Source: Longimicrobiales bacterium (GTDB lineage Bacteria > Gemmatimonadota > Gemmatimonadetes > Longimicrobiales > Gaopeijiaceae). From it: a stretch of DNA of 64,000 bases. Location of the stretch: assembly GCA_965202985.1 (NCBI GenBank), contig CBDBCF010000001.1:2048001-2112000 (forward strand), given 5' to 3'. Numbering within the stretch: position 1 is the first letter of the stretch; each line of letters starts with the position of its first letter. The notes beneath the pieces were generated by a model. That model was not told the DNA's origin, did not search any database, and saw nothing but the letters and a program-made list of their open reading frames with translations. Both the position numbers and the translations under genes were made by a program. This document shows, one piece after another, positions 26,505 to 37,329 of the stretch.

Positions 26505-27836
26505 ATGATGACGAGCCGTCCCGCCGTCCGCACGCTGGTCGCGTGGTGGGGCCGACGGGTGGCGGGCGTCCTGGAGCTGGACCGCCGCGGCGCGATGCGG
26601 TTCGCCTACGACGACGGCTGGCTGGCCGACCAAGCCGCGCCAGCGCTCTCCCTGTCCCTGCCCAAGCAGTCGCGTTCGTTTCCCAGTGCGCAATGCGCTC
26701 CCTTCTTCGAGGGCCTGTTGCCCGAGGGCGCCGAAAGGGATGCAGTGGCCCGCGCCTTGGGCGTGTCGCCCGAGAACGTCTTCGGCATCCTGGCCGGAAT
26801 CGGCGGCGAAGTGGCAGGGGCCGTCTCGCTCTGGCCGGAGGGTCAGCAGCCTCCGAATGGCACGTCCGCTGACTCCACGGCAGCAGCCGCGTCCACCCGC
26901 TCCGCCGCGCCCGTCCCGTGCGCCAAGCCGCTTTCGGAGGCCGCACTCGCCCGCCTTCTGGACGCCATCAGGACGCACCCGTTGCTCGTCAACGGGGAGG
27001 ACGGCCTGCGCATGTCTCTGGCCGGCGCCCAGTCCAAGTTGCCCGTAGTGGCCAGCGGCGACGAGATCGCCCTTCCCGCTCCCGGCGGTCCGACCACCCA
27101 CATCCTCAAGCCCGCCAACGAACGCTTTCCGGCGATGACCGAGAACGAGGCCTTCGCCATGCGCTTGGCCCGCAAGATGGGACTCGCGGCGGCCCCCGTG
27201 GAGGCTCGGGTCGCTTGCGGTCGCCCCTTCCTGCTCGTGGAGCGCTACGACCGGGAGCGCGCGCCGAGCGGCGTCGTCCGTCGCCTTCATCAAGAGGACT
27301 TCTGCCAAGCGCTGGGCTTCGTGTCGCGCCGCAAGTACGCCGCCGACGGCGGTCCCGGCTTTCCGGATTGCTTCGATCTGGTCCGTCGCGCCTGCACGAA
27401 CCCCGACCAAGACGCGGACGCCCTTCTCGCCGCCGCCGTCCTGCAAGTCCTTGTCGGCAACGCCGACGCGCACGGCAAGAACTACAGCCTGGTCAGGCGC
27501 GGTCCCGGGTTCGGCGAGACGGTTGAACTTGCGCCCCTCTACGACGTGCTGTGCACGGCCGCGTACCCCGGTCTGTCGCCCAGACTGGCCATGAAGATTG
27601 GCGGACGGGCCACGCTGGAAGAGCTGCGCCCCGCGGACTGGGACCGCTTCGCGCGCAAGTGCGGACTGGAGCCCTCCGCCGTGCGCCGGCGCGTGGGGAA
27701 GCTCTGCGAACTGGCGGTGCAACAGTGCGACGGCGTTGCCCGGGAATTGGCCCGTCCCGGCCTTGACCACGACGCCCTCCAAGGCTTCGCAACGCGGACG
27801 CAGCAACGAGCCGCCCAACTGGAGCGTTCCGCGTGA
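26505..27836 (+). CDS. hipA: HipA-family toxin kinase
   Basis: LSLSLP, FFEGLLPEG, SLAGAQSK, HILKP, NEAF, HQEDFCQA, GNADAHGKNYSL, LAPLYD. Confidence 0.95.
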   Translation: MMTSRPAVRTLVAWWGRRVAGVLELDRRGAMRFAYDDGWLADQAAPALSLSLPKQSRSFPSAQCAPFFEGLLPEGAERDAVARALGVSPENVFGILAGIGGEVAGAVSLWPEGQQPPNGTSADSTAAAASTRSAAPVPCAKPLSEAALARLLDAIRTHPLLVNGEDGLRMSLAGAQSKLPVVASGDEIALPAPGGPTTHILKPANERFPAMTENEAFAMRLARKMGLAAAPVEARVACGRPFLLVERYDRERAPSGVVRRLHQEDFCQALGFVSRRKYAADGGPGFPDCFDLVRRACTNPDQDADALLAAAVLQVLVGNADAHGKNYSLVRRGPGFGETVELAPLYDVLCTAAYPGLSPRLAMKIGGRATLEELRPADWDRFARKCGLEPSAVRRRVGKLCELAVQQCDGVARELARPGLDHDALQGFATRTQQRAAQLERSA

Positions 27837-27873
27837 ACGCCTCCCCGTTCCGGCGAGGCCGAGGTCGCGTCGG

Positions 27874-30426
27874 TCAGGCCAGCATAGCGTTCAGCCGCTG
27901 CTGCCACTCGTCCTCGTCCACGACCTCGAAGCGCACCACCTTGTCGCGCATCGCCGGCGCGAACTCGGCCCACTCCCTCTGCTTGGCCATCTCGGAGCAG
28001 GTGCTGAACACGGAGCGCTTGTAGTTGGTGTCCTCCGACTGCTTGAGGTGCAGTCCCTTGGTCTCGAGCACGAACACGTCGCCGAAGTCCTTGTCGTCGC
28101 TCCGTTCCGCCTCGTCGTCCTGGCCTTCCTGGCCCTCCGCCTTGAGCGCAAACACGAAGTCCGCGTACACGCGCTGGGGCTTCCAGCCCTGCACATAGTA
28201 GTCCTTGCGGCTCCGGTTGCGGTACCAGAAGAACAGCCGCGCCTGCTGGTCCAGGTACGTGGCCACCTTCGTCTCCAGCGTGTTCATCTCTTCTTCGCTG
28301 GTCCGCTCGTACAGGCTCAGGCGGAATTGGCTCCCGTCGGGTCGATTGGCCTGTCGCGCGCGACCGATTTCGACCTTGGACGGCGGGCGGTTGAAGTCTA
28401 GATCGTCGGTCACGACCAGGAAGCGCATGACGCCACGCTTCAGCATGTCGAAGAAAACGCTCCGAGACATCCGGTCTCGCTCCCCCTCCAGCCGCTTGCG
28501 CAACTCTTCGAGAACGAACATGTAGCTGGCTTGCACTTGCTGACGCGGATGCTTCTCCAGCAACGCTTCGAATACCATCTGGGCGGCTTCGGCGCCGCGC
28601 CACGGATTCGGCATCACGCTCAGCAAGTGACCGGCCGCAAAGTAGTAGTCGATCACATCTCCGCCTTCGGTTGTCGTGCCGTCGCCGGCGACGAAAACGC
28701 GGTCCGTCAAGCCTCCTTGATCGAGTCCGGTGCGCAGGTCGAAGTCGCTGTCGCTCTCCTGGACCAGCGGCAGGTCGAACAAAGGGCTCACGTCCACGTC
28801 GTCCCACGGGACCCGCGACAGGATGTCGGTCTCGTACCGCACGGGCCGCCAGTCGGCGCCGTCCTTGATCATGAACGCGGGAAGCACGAAGTCGCGGACC
28901 ACGTTGCGATACCGCTTCCGCTGGCGCGCCACCACCCGTTCCCTGCGCAGCACCGAATCGCCGTCGTCGACGATCCTGCCTTCCAGTCCCTGCAGGCCCT
29001 CCAGCCCGAACCCCCTGCGCACCTCGCGGAGCAGGTCCGCTCCCCGGCGCCGAAAGCAGAATACGTAGCTCTCGTCGAGCCGGGGATTTCCGGTCTTCTT
29101 GGCGTAGGGCTGCCGCAGGATGCGACCCACCAGCTGGGTCAGCGCGCTCTTGGACGCTGGGTTGGTCAGAATCGCCAAGACGTAAGCGAAGGAGCAGTCC
29201 CAGCCCTCCTGCAACGCCTGCTTGGTGATGATGAAGCGAATCGGGCAGTTCCTGGCTAGCAAGCCTCCAAGCTCGTCCACAGCCTTCAACTCGTCCTTTC
29301 GGCTCGTCTTGACGGCAATGTGTTCCGGCCGAACGTCGGGATGTCGCAACAGATACTCCCTCACGTCGTCCGCGTGCACCACTCCCGTCCGATGCTGCTT
29401 TCGCCCCGTTCGCTCCACCTGTATCAGGCATATCGGGCGGATATGCTCGCCGGTTTCCGCTTCGTGCGCGAGCGCCTGGGCTTCCAGCATCTTGCGGTGC
29501 TCCATCGCCGCCAGCAGCGTGTCCTCCCACGCGGCGCTGGCTTTGTTCTTGATGTGCAGGTCGAGTTTGATCATCTCCTCGGCGTGGAGCTCCCTGCCGG
29601 AGATGCTCACCAGCACGTTGGCTTCCGTGGGCGGCGTGGCCGACAGCTCGACGATCATGCACGGATTGAAGCCCTCCAGGGTATTCTTGGCGTTTCGGCT
29701 GTACGCCTTGTGTCCTTCGTCGAGGATGATCAGGGGACGAAGCAAGCGGAGCGTGTTGCCCAAGGACGTCTTGGCGTGACGTCCCCACACGCCCCCGTGC
29801 CCTTCGAAGGTGTCCAGGTTCGGCACCCTTTCGAGCAACTTCCTGTGGCCTTCGGCGTTGTTGTCGGCGGGGAAGAAGCGATTGTAGCCGCCGCTGTCCC
29901 GGAACATGCGGAGCTGCGCCTTGGTCCGGCGGTTGGCGGAGGGCAGCATCAGCACGAGGATGCAGAGCTTGTCCACCACGTCGCGCGGACCGAAGCCTTT
30001 CGTCTTCTCGAGAACGAGGGTGCGCCCGGCCGACAAGATGTCGAGCTGCTGTCGGTACGGATGGTCCTTGTCCTTGAGCGCCCGAAGCGTCTGGTTGTAG
30101 ATCTGAGTCGTCGGGACGATCCAAAGCACCAGGCCCGACTGCCGTCGGCGGAAGCGCGTGTGGGCCAGGTCGATCACCTTGACGGCGAGCAGCGTCTTGC
30201 CGCCGCCGGTGGGAACCTTGAGACAGAAGGCGGGCAACGGGTCGCCCAGTCCGTTCCGACGGGACACGTAACGGCGCGACAAGAAGCACTTCTCCCACGC
30301 CTTGGCCGCCCAGTCGAAGCCGAACTCGGGATCCAGCGTGGCCGCCTTGTCTCGCCACTCCGCCAAGTGCTCCAGGTACTCTCCAACGACCGAGAGCGTC
30401 CGCTTCTGGTACTCCTTGAGGATCAC
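27874..30426 (-). CDS. res: Type III restriction enzyme Res subunit
   Basis: LKEYQ, VPTGGGKT, ILDEGH, LSATP, LQEGWD, QLVGR, ADF...ETKG nuclease; GTGA overlap with mod. Confidence 0.92.
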   Translation of the reverse strand: MILKEYQKRTLSVVGEYLEHLAEWRDKAATLDPEFGFDWAAKAWEKCFLSRRYVSRRNGLGDPLPAFCLKVPTGGGKTLLAVKVIDLAHTRFRRRQSGLVLWIVPTTQIYNQTLRALKDKDHPYRQQLDILSAGRTLVLEKTKGFGPRDVVDKLCILVLMLPSANRRTKAQLRMFRDSGGYNRFFPADNNAEGHRKLLERVPNLDTFEGHGGVWGRHAKTSLGNTLRLLRPLIILDEGHKAYSRNAKNTLEGFNPCMIVELSATPPTEANVLVSISGRELHAEEMIKLDLHIKNKASAAWEDTLLAAMEHRKMLEAQALAHEAETGEHIRPICLIQVERTGRKQHRTGVVHADDVREYLLRHPDVRPEHIAVKTSRKDELKAVDELGGLLARNCPIRFIITKQALQEGWDCSFAYVLAILTNPASKSALTQLVGRILRQPYAKKTGNPRLDESYVFCFRRRGADLLREVRRGFGLEGLQGLEGRIVDDGDSVLRRERVVARQRKRYRNVVRDFVLPAFMIKDGADWRPVRYETDILSRVPWDDVDVSPLFDLPLVQESDSDFDLRTGLDQGGLTDRVFVAGDGTTTEGGDVIDYYFAAGHLLSVMPNPWRGAEAAQMVFEALLEKHPRQQVQASYMFVLEELRKRLEGERDRMSRSVFFDMLKRGVMRFLVVTDDLDFNRPPSKVEIGRARQANRPDGSQFRLSLYERTSEEEMNTLETKVATYLDQQARLFFWYRNRSRKDYYVQGWKPQRVYADFVFALKAEGQEGQDDEAERSDDKDFGDVFVLETKGLHLKQSEDTNYKRSVFSTCSEMAKQREWAEFAPAMRDKVVRFEVVDEDEWQQRLNAMLA

Positions 30427-32042
30427 GAGTCCAGTCTGTCCACCGTCTCGTAGATCTCGAACGGCAGCTGGGAGAACTGGATTCGATGCATGTGCAGGAA
30501 CTCCAAGTCCAAGTACTTGGTGGGGGCGAAGATCAAGCGCTCGCGGCCGTTCTCCGGCAGAGCCCGGGCGATGCCGAGCGTGAGGGCCAGGTCCTTGAGC
30601 ACTTCGACGTCCGAGTCGTAGATCAAGAACACGTCCCACCGCGCACTTGCGCCGATGAACCATTTCTCTCGATCAATCCGATCAGGATCGAACTCCTCGC
30701 CCGTCGCTGTGAAGAACAAGTAGCCGGCCAGCTTGTCGTAGCCCGGCAGCCGCGAAGCTCCGAACATCGATCGCGGCTGCATGGGGCGACCCACCTCGAA
30801 ATAGCTGAATGTGCCGCCAAGCCCGGCTTCCAGGCGTTTGTCCTTGGCCTCCGGAATGCCCTTGGCGACCCGTCGAACCCGCTCGGCCGTCAACGTGTCC
30901 ACGTAGTCCTCGCACTCCACCAGCACGAAGCGCCGACTGCCCCCGTCCTCCTTGTTGAGGGCCAAGACGGCGTGGGCGGTGGTGCCCGACCCCGCGAAGG
31001 AGTCGAGCACGATGGAGTCCTTGTCGGTGGCCAAGCGCAGGACTCGGGAGATCAATTCGACCGGCTTGGCGGTGGTGAAGTTCGGAAAGTCGTCCGGGAA
31101 TATGTCCAAGAGGGTCTTCTTGGCTCTTTGCGTATGTCCCACCTCCTTGTATGTCCAAATGGTCTCCGGCACCATCCCCGACTTGACCTCGGACAGGAAG
31201 CGCTTGACGGCTGGCACCTGATTGCCGTCTTCGCCCCACCATATTCGATTGTCTTCATGCATCTCCCAGAACTTCTGCTTGGAGTACAGCCAAAATCTGC
31301 CTGCGGGAGGCCCTTCGATCCTGCGTCCCCCCGGACATTGGATGGCATAAACTCCACGAGAGTACGGGTTTCGCGCCGACAAGTCGCTCGCCTTCCAGGC
31401 CCCGCGGGGGTCGTCGTCGGGATTGGAATAGCGTTCGTCGGCTTCCTTGGTCCGGGGAAGCAACCCCAGATCGAATCGCTCCTTGTCTCTTGCGTACACG
31501 ATGATGAAGTCGTGGTTTTCCGAGAAGTACTTGGCGCTGCTCTTGGGCGAATACACCTTCTCCCATATGATCGTCGCCACGAAGTTCTCTTCTCCGAACA
31601 CCTCGTCCATCAAGAACCGCAACCGGTGCACTTCGTTGTCGTCGATGGAGATGAAGATCGCTCCGTCTTCGGATAGCAGTTCGTGCAACAGCGTCAGCCG
31701 CGGCAGCATCATGCAGCACCACTTGTCGTGGCGGGTCAGGTCGTCGCGGTCCACGACCTTGCCGAACCAGTCCTGCATCATCGGCGAATTCACGCGGTCG
31801 TTGTACGCCCACCCTTCGTTGCCGGTGTTGTACGGGGGGTCGATGTAGATGCACTTGACCTTGCCGTGATAGATCGGCAGAAGCGCCTTGAGAGCCGCCA
31901 AGTTGTCACCCTCGACGATCAGGTTGTCGTGGAGGCTGGCCTTCGGGCTGGTTCCCTTCGAGCGGACCGGCTTCAGCTCGTGGAAGGGGACGACCAAGTG
32001 GTGGTTCTCGACGAAGACCTGTCCCTTGAACTGAAGGTGCAT
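30423..32042 (-). CDS. mod: Type III RM Mod subunit
   Basis: EGDNL, IYIDPPYNTG, ISIDDNE, LDSFAGSGTT. Confidence 0.95.
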   Translation of the reverse strand: MHLQFKGQVFVENHHLVVPFHELKPVRSKGTSPKASLHDNLIVEGDNLAALKALLPIYHGKVKCIYIDPPYNTGNEGWAYNDRVNSPMMQDWFGKVVDRDDLTRHDKWCCMMLPRLTLLHELLSEDGAIFISIDDNEVHRLRFLMDEVFGEENFVATIIWEKVYSPKSSAKYFSENHDFIIVYARDKERFDLGLLPRTKEADERYSNPDDDPRGAWKASDLSARNPYSRGVYAIQCPGGRRIEGPPAGRFWLYSKQKFWEMHEDNRIWWGEDGNQVPAVKRFLSEVKSGMVPETIWTYKEVGHTQRAKKTLLDIFPDDFPNFTTAKPVELISRVLRLATDKDSIVLDSFAGSGTTAHAVLALNKEDGGSRRFVLVECEDYVDTLTAERVRRVAKGIPEAKDKRLEAGLGGTFSYFEVGRPMQPRSMFGASRLPGYDKLAGYLFFTATGEEFDPDRIDREKWFIGASARWDVFLIYDSDVEVLKDLALTLGIARALPENGRERLIFAPTKYLDLEFLHMHRIQFSQLPFEIYETVDRLDS

Positions 32043-32126
32043 GGCGGGTCCCGCAAGGCGGAGGGGCTCGAGAGGGGAGCGGCCGTCCGGCACGAGGCAG
32101 ACCGGGGGGAGGCCGCGATCGGATTC

Positions 32127-32154
32127 AGAATAGCGACCCGCGGGCTGCAGTCAA
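32127..32154 (-). promoter_or_regulatory. Putative sigma70 promoter of mod-res (TTGACT-N16-TATTCT)
   Basis: Near-consensus hexamers about 85 nt upstream of the mod ATG. Confidence 0.45.
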
Positions 32155-33686
32155 CGAACCCGAGCGCCGCCCAGGCCCGGCGCCGCCGCCAGCTCGTTCG
32201 CTCCCACGAGCCTGATCAGCGCGTTCCGGGCCGCCTCGCGTCGCAGGTCGTCGTCGAAGCCTGCCAACGAGAACACGATCCGAACGCGGGCTTGGCGGGC
32301 GAAGCCGTAGCGGGTCTTGCGGACGTGGCGCTCCAGCTCGACCAGCGTGGCCATGGAGGCGGGCTCGGGGCCGCGATGGAGGTGTCCGTAGCAGACGGCG
32401 CCGTTGCGCAGGGCCGCGGCGGCGGGGAAGTCGAAGCCGGAACCCCACAGCGCCCCGACTTCCCGGGCCGTCGCGCCCAGGACCTGCCCGCTCCCGAAGC
32501 GGAGGAAGTTCCGGCAGATCATGTGAAACGCCCGCGCCAGCGCATCGTTCAGCGCTGGAGCCACGGCCTCGTCCCAGAGACCGTCCAGCGCCGCGCCGGC
32601 GGAAGCCGCGCCCGCGTCGCCTGCGGCGCTCCCGCTCCCCAGCATCCGAAGCCGCGCCCGCACGGGGTGGACGGTGGACCACCAAAAGGCCTCGTGGGGG
32701 TCGGACAGGCGGTAGCGGGTTCGCCGACCGCCGGGGCGCGAGCCCAGCGGACGGTCCGCCGCGACCATTCCCAGTTCCTGCAAGCGCGCCAAGTAGGGAC
32801 CCGTGGCGCTGGCGTTGCGCAGTCGCCGGCCGGGGGCGTCGCGGGCCAAGCGGCTCAGGATGGAGGCGTAGCGGTTGGTCTTGCGCACGCCGCGGCGAAG
32901 GAGCTCCTCCGGTCCGGCGGTCCAGCGGTCGGAGGCCCACGGGCGCGCGGGGTTCGCCAGCGCCAAGCGAAGCGCCTCGGTCGGATCCACGCGGCCTGGG
33001 ATCACCGCCCAGGTCGCAGGCAGACCCCCGAAGACGGCCCATCCCAGCAGCAAGTCGCGGCCCGTCCACCGAGGCACGGCCCGAGCCAAGTCGTAGTGCG
33101 TGCCCGGACCCAGCCGAACCACGGTCACGGAGTCCGTCACGTCGGCCAAGGGCGACGCGGGGCGGTTGAGGAAGCTACCCAGCTCACGCTCTTGGCTACA
33201 CAGGAACAGGTGAACGCGTGCTCCGCGCCGGGCGACTTGCCGCCACGCCCGGGCCAAGTCGCGCCAGAAGCCCCGGTGCACGGCGGCGATCCCTTCGGGC
33301 TCGTCCACGATCACGGCGAGCGGGGCCAAGTCCGCAAGAAGCCCGAGCAGCGCGGTCCACCCGACGCCGGACTCACGACCACGCCCGCCCGCGCCGGACC
33401 TCTTTCCGCGCCCCGCCGGCGATGTCGCGCTCGCTGTCGCCCGGACGCTGGCCTCCGTCGCCCGGACCGCGTCTCCCGCGAGCGGCGCCAAGCAGGCCGC
33501 CAGCTCCCGCCGGTTGTCGGCGTCGGTCAGCCCGGGCGGCACGAACAGGACGCGCCGTCGGCCCTTGGTCGCTTCCAGCACCAAGTCCAGGGGCGACAGG
33601 CCCAGCCGGCCCTCCACGGAGGCGATCGCCGGTCCGGGCCGCCGGGAGATGTCCCGAATCCGAGCCGTCTTTTCGTCGAATAGCAT
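32151..33686 (-). CDS. Divergent archaeal-type AAA ATPase/DUF234-like protein
   Basis: VIVDEP, FGGLPA, RYRLSDPHEAFWW; no clear Walker A; start uncertain. Confidence 0.6.
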   Translation of the reverse strand: MLFDEKTARIRDISRRPGPAIASVEGRLGLSPLDLVLEATKGRRRVLFVPPGLTDADNRRELAACLAPLAGDAVRATEASVRATASATSPAGRGKRSGAGGRGRESGVGWTALLGLLADLAPLAVIVDEPEGIAAVHRGFWRDLARAWRQVARRGARVHLFLCSQERELGSFLNRPASPLADVTDSVTVVRLGPGTHYDLARAVPRWTGRDLLLGWAVFGGLPATWAVIPGRVDPTEALRLALANPARPWASDRWTAGPEELLRRGVRKTNRYASILSRLARDAPGRRLRNASATGPYLARLQELGMVAADRPLGSRPGGRRTRYRLSDPHEAFWWSTVHPVRARLRMLGSGSAAGDAGAASAGAALDGLWDEAVAPALNDALARAFHMICRNFLRFGSGQVLGATAREVGALWGSGFDFPAAAALRNGAVCYGHLHRGPEPASMATLVELERHVRKTRYGFARQARVRIVFSLAGFDDDLRREAARNALIRLVGANELAAAPGLGGARVR

Positions 33687-33857
33687 AATCGAAAATAGTA
33701 TAATGAATATTATCTAGAATCAAAGGACGACCGGACACCTCGCACGGTAGCTTGGGTGCGTCCGGGGAAGCCGCAAGCCGGAACTGCCGACGCGACGCGC
33801 CCGATCCGCGACCCGCACGTCAAACCCACCAACTCACAACAGGAAACGCAGAAAACC

Positions 33858-36062
33858 ATGATCGCAACCCGCAACCGCTTCGACTCCATCGTTGCCGCCA
33901 AGACCTGGACGCCGTCCAGGGACGACCGCGAGGACTCCTTCATCTCCGGCGTGGACCCGTTCCAGGACGTGTTCGAGGCGCGCGTCTTCAGCATGTCGAG
34001 GGTGCTGGACTGCCTGGACGAAGCGGAACGGGAGCGCTTTCGCGCCACGCTGGACGGCCGCCAGCCTCTGGACCCGTCGATCGCGGACAAGGTGGCCAAG
34101 GCCATGTTGGAATGGGCCGCCAGCCGGGGCGCCACCCACTTCACCCACTGGTTCCAGCCCCTGACCGGCAGCACGGCGGAGAAGCACGACTCGTTCCTCA
34201 AGATCGAGAACGGCAAGGGCATCGCCCACTTCAGCGGCAAGGAACTGGTGCAGGGCGAGCCCGACGCCAGCTCGTTTCCGTCCGGCGGATTGCGCGCCAC
34301 CTTCGAGGCCAGGGGCTACACGGCGTGGGACCCCACGTCGCCGGCGTTCTTGGCCAAGCACGGCGAGGCCTCCTACCTGTGCATTCCGACGGCGTTTTCC
34401 AGCTGGGCGGGCGACAGCCTGGACAAGAAGATCCCCCTGCTCCGGTCGATGGACGCGCTGGACCGGGTGGCACGCCGGGCGCTCGAGCTCTTCGGCCAAG
34501 AGGGCAAGCGCGTCACGGCCAGCCTGGGTCCCGAGCAGGAGTTCTTCCTGATCGACCAGGAGTTCTACTACCGCAGGCCCGACCTGATGACCGCGGGCCG
34601 CACGCTGTTCGGCGCCAAGCCCCCCCGCGGCCAGGAGCTGGACGACCACTACTTCGGCGCCATCCACGAGCGCGTTCTCGCCTTCATGGAGTCGGTGGAG
34701 CGGACGCTGTACAAGTGGGGCGTGCCGATCACGACGCGGCACAACGAGGTCGCGCCGCACCAGTTCGAGATGGCGCCGCGCTACGAGAACGCCAACTTGG
34801 CGTCGGACCACCAGCAGCTGCTCATGCGCACCCTCCAGACCGAGGCGCGCAGATACGGCTTCGTCTGCCTGCTCCACGAGAAGCCCTTCGCGGGCCTCAA
34901 CGGCAGCGGCAAGCACCTGAACTGGTCGTTCGGCACCGAGGACCGCAACCTGCTGGAACCCGGCGACACGCCCCACGAGAACAAGATGTTCCTGTTCTTC
35001 TGCACGGCGGTGCTGCGGGCCGTGGAGCGCCACCAGGACCTGCTCCGGGCCAGCATCGCCACCGCCGGCAACGACCACCGGCTGGGCGCCAACGAGGCCC
35101 CGCCGTCGATCATCTCCGTCTTCCTGGGCGACCAGCTCCAGGACATCTACGAGCAGCTGGAGCGGGTCGGAGCCGCCAAGGCCCGCGCGGGCGGCGGCTT
35201 CCTGGGACTGGGGGCGAAGGCGCTTCCCCCGCTCCCCCGGCACTCGGGAGACCGCAACCGCACGTCGCCCTTTGCCTTCACCGGCAACAAGTTCGAGTTC
35301 CGCGCCCTAGGGTCGGCGATCAGCGTGTCGTTCCCGGCCACGGTCCTCAACACGATCGTCGCCGAGTCCGTGGACGAACTCGCGGACCAGCTGGAGACGG
35401 CCGTCGAAGGCGGGGCGAAGCTGGACGCCGCCCTGCGCAAGCTGCTGGCTCGCGAAACGGCCGGCTTCAAGCGGATCATCTTCAACGGCGACAACTACTC
35501 GGAAGAGTGGGTGGAAGAAGCCGAGCGCCGCGGGTTGCTGAACCGGCGCACCGCCGTGGACGCCCTTCCGGCCATGTCTTTGCCCAAGAACAGCGAACTC
35601 TTCGACAAGTACGGCGTCCTGACTCCCCGCGAGCTGGCGTCGCGCTTGGAGGTGCGGACCGAGCAGTACTTCATCCGCGTCAACATCGAGGCGGAGACGG
35701 CCGCCAGCATCGCTCGGACGATGATCCTGCCCGCGGCGGTCCGGTACCTGAACGAGCTCGCGACCACGGCGCAGCGCGCGGAGACGTTGCCCGCCGTGTC
35801 GGGCGTGTCGGGGCTGGGCGTCCTGGCGTCGGCGAAGCGCGTGTCCGGCCTGGTGGACGAGCTGACCGAGGCCCTGGACGTGCTGGACGCCCAGAACGCC
35901 GAGCTGGGCGGCGACGAAATGGCGTCCAAGGCGGTCCACATGCGCGACAACGTGATCCCGGCCATGGAAGCGGTGCGCGCCGTGGCGGACCGGATGGAGG
36001 CCGTGCTGCCCGACGACCTGTGGCCCTTGCCCACCTACCGCGACATGCTCTTCGTGAAGTAG
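33858..36062 (+). CDS. glnA: Glutamine synthetase type III
   Basis: [61 protein letters not shown]. Confidence 0.97.
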   Translation: MIATRNRFDSIVAAKTWTPSRDDREDSFISGVDPFQDVFEARVFSMSRVLDCLDEAERERFRATLDGRQPLDPSIADKVAKAMLEWAASRGATHFTHWFQPLTGSTAEKHDSFLKIENGKGIAHFSGKELVQGEPDASSFPSGGLRATFEARGYTAWDPTSPAFLAKHGEASYLCIPTAFSSWAGDSLDKKIPLLRSMDALDRVARRALELFGQEGKRVTASLGPEQEFFLIDQEFYYRRPDLMTAGRTLFGAKPPRGQELDDHYFGAIHERVLAFMESVERTLYKWGVPITTRHNEVAPHQFEMAPRYENANLASDHQQLLMRTLQTEARRYGFVCLLHEKPFAGLNGSGKHLNWSFGTEDRNLLEPGDTPHENKMFLFFCTAVLRAVERHQDLLRASIATAGNDHRLGANEAPPSIISVFLGDQLQDIYEQLERVGAAKARAGGGFLGLGAKALPPLPRHSGDRNRTSPFAFTGNKFEFRALGSAISVSFPATVLNTIVAESVDELADQLETAVEGGAKLDAALRKLLARETAGFKRIIFNGDNYSEEWVEEAERRGLLNRRTAVDALPAMSLPKNSELFDKYGVLTPRELASRLEVRTEQYFIRVNIEAETAASIARTMILPAAVRYLNELATTAQRAETLPAVSGVSGLGVLASAKRVSGLVDELTEALDVLDAQNAELGGDEMASKAVHMRDNVIPAMEAVRAVADRMEAVLPDDLWPLPTYRDMLFVK

Positions 36063-36110
36063 AATTCGGAGGAGCGAAAGAGGCGGGCAAGGCGAACGGG
36101 GGAGGACCAC

Positions 36111-37304
36111 GTGACGAGGCAGACGAGGTGGCTGGCGGCGGCGCTCGCGGCGGGCGCGGGTTGCGGCGGAGAAGCGGCTACGGGCGGGAGCGGGGCCGGA
36201 GGAGGCCCGGTGCGGTTGGATACGCCGGAAGCGGCGTTCGCCCAGGCGTTCTCGGTCGTTCAGACGGTGCGGGAGATGCCCGACGGGCGGGTGCTCGTGG
36301 CCGATCCGCTGGGCCAAGCGCTGATGCTGGTGAACTTGGACGCCGGTGCGGCCGACACCCTGGGCGCCGTGGGCGAGGGGCCGGACGAATACCAGCAGCC
36401 CGACGCGGTGTGGCCCCTTCCCGGAGGTCGGACGCTGCTGGTGGACCTGGGGAACTCGCGGCTAACCGAGCTGAGCCCGGAGCTGGAGTTCGGCGAGACG
36501 CGACCGATGGTGTTGGGCGAAGTGGCGCCGGGCGCGCCGATGACCTTGGCCGTTCCCCAGGCCGTGGACGGGACGGGGCGGGTGTACGCGCGCAGCTTCG
36601 GCGGCTTGGGCGGCGGACCCACGGTGGATTCGGCTTACGTGCTGCGGATCGACCTGGAGGCGCAGACCGTGGACTCGGTGACGCGCTTCAAGACGCAGAG
36701 CACGACGCGCACCGTGTCCGGCGGAAACGAGTCGGTCTCGTCGGTTCCCCTTTCGGCCCGAGACGTTTGGGGCGTGGCGGACGACGGCGGAGTGGTCGTG
36801 GCGCGAGTCGGCGAGTCTCGCGTGGAGTGGATTTCTGCCGCAGGCGTGGTGACGGCGGGACCCTTCTTGGAGTACGAACGCTTCCCCATTGGCCAGGCCG
36901 AGAAGGAAGCGTGGCGGGAGTCGCAAGCCGAGACGGGCGGGGGCATGGGCGTCTCCGTGTTCTCCGACGGCGCCACCTTGCAGATGTCGTTCTCCAGGGG
37001 CCGTTCGTCGCGGGACGAGGACGCGGAGTTGGACGGCTATCCGTGGCCCGAGCAGCTGCCGGTGTTCTACAACGCGCGGGTCCAGGTGGATCACAGCGGC
37101 CGAGCCTGGGTGCGGATGCACGGGCCGGCCGGCGAAGCGGCGACCTCGACGTACCACGTCTTCGACACGTCCGGCGAGCCGGAGATGGTCGTCGAGCTGG
37201 CTCCGGGGCGGCGCGTCGTCGGATTCGGCGCGGCCGGCAAGGTCTATGTGGTCCGCATGGACGAAATGGGGCTTCAGTACTTGGAGCGGCACGCCATACC
37301 CTGA
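36111..37304 (+). CDS. Beta-propeller-type lipoprotein
   Basis: GAGCGG lipobox, DGRVLVAD, GAVGEGPDEY; GGAGG RBS. Confidence 0.85.
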   Translation: MTRQTRWLAAALAAGAGCGGEAATGGSGAGGGPVRLDTPEAAFAQAFSVVQTVREMPDGRVLVADPLGQALMLVNLDAGAADTLGAVGEGPDEYQQPDAVWPLPGGRTLLVDLGNSRLTELSPELEFGETRPMVLGEVAPGAPMTLAVPQAVDGTGRVYARSFGGLGGGPTVDSAYVLRIDLEAQTVDSVTRFKTQSTTRTVSGGNESVSSVPLSARDVWGVADDGGVVVARVGESRVEWISAAGVVTAGPFLEYERFPIGQAEKEAWRESQAETGGGMGVSVFSDGATLQMSFSRGRSSRDEDAELDGYPWPEQLPVFYNARVQVDHSGRAWVRMHGPAGEAATSTYHVFDTSGEPEMVVELAPGRRVVGFGAAGKVYVVRMDEMGLQYLERHAIP

Positions 37305-37329
37305 CCAAACCATCACAAGGAGCAGTCCG

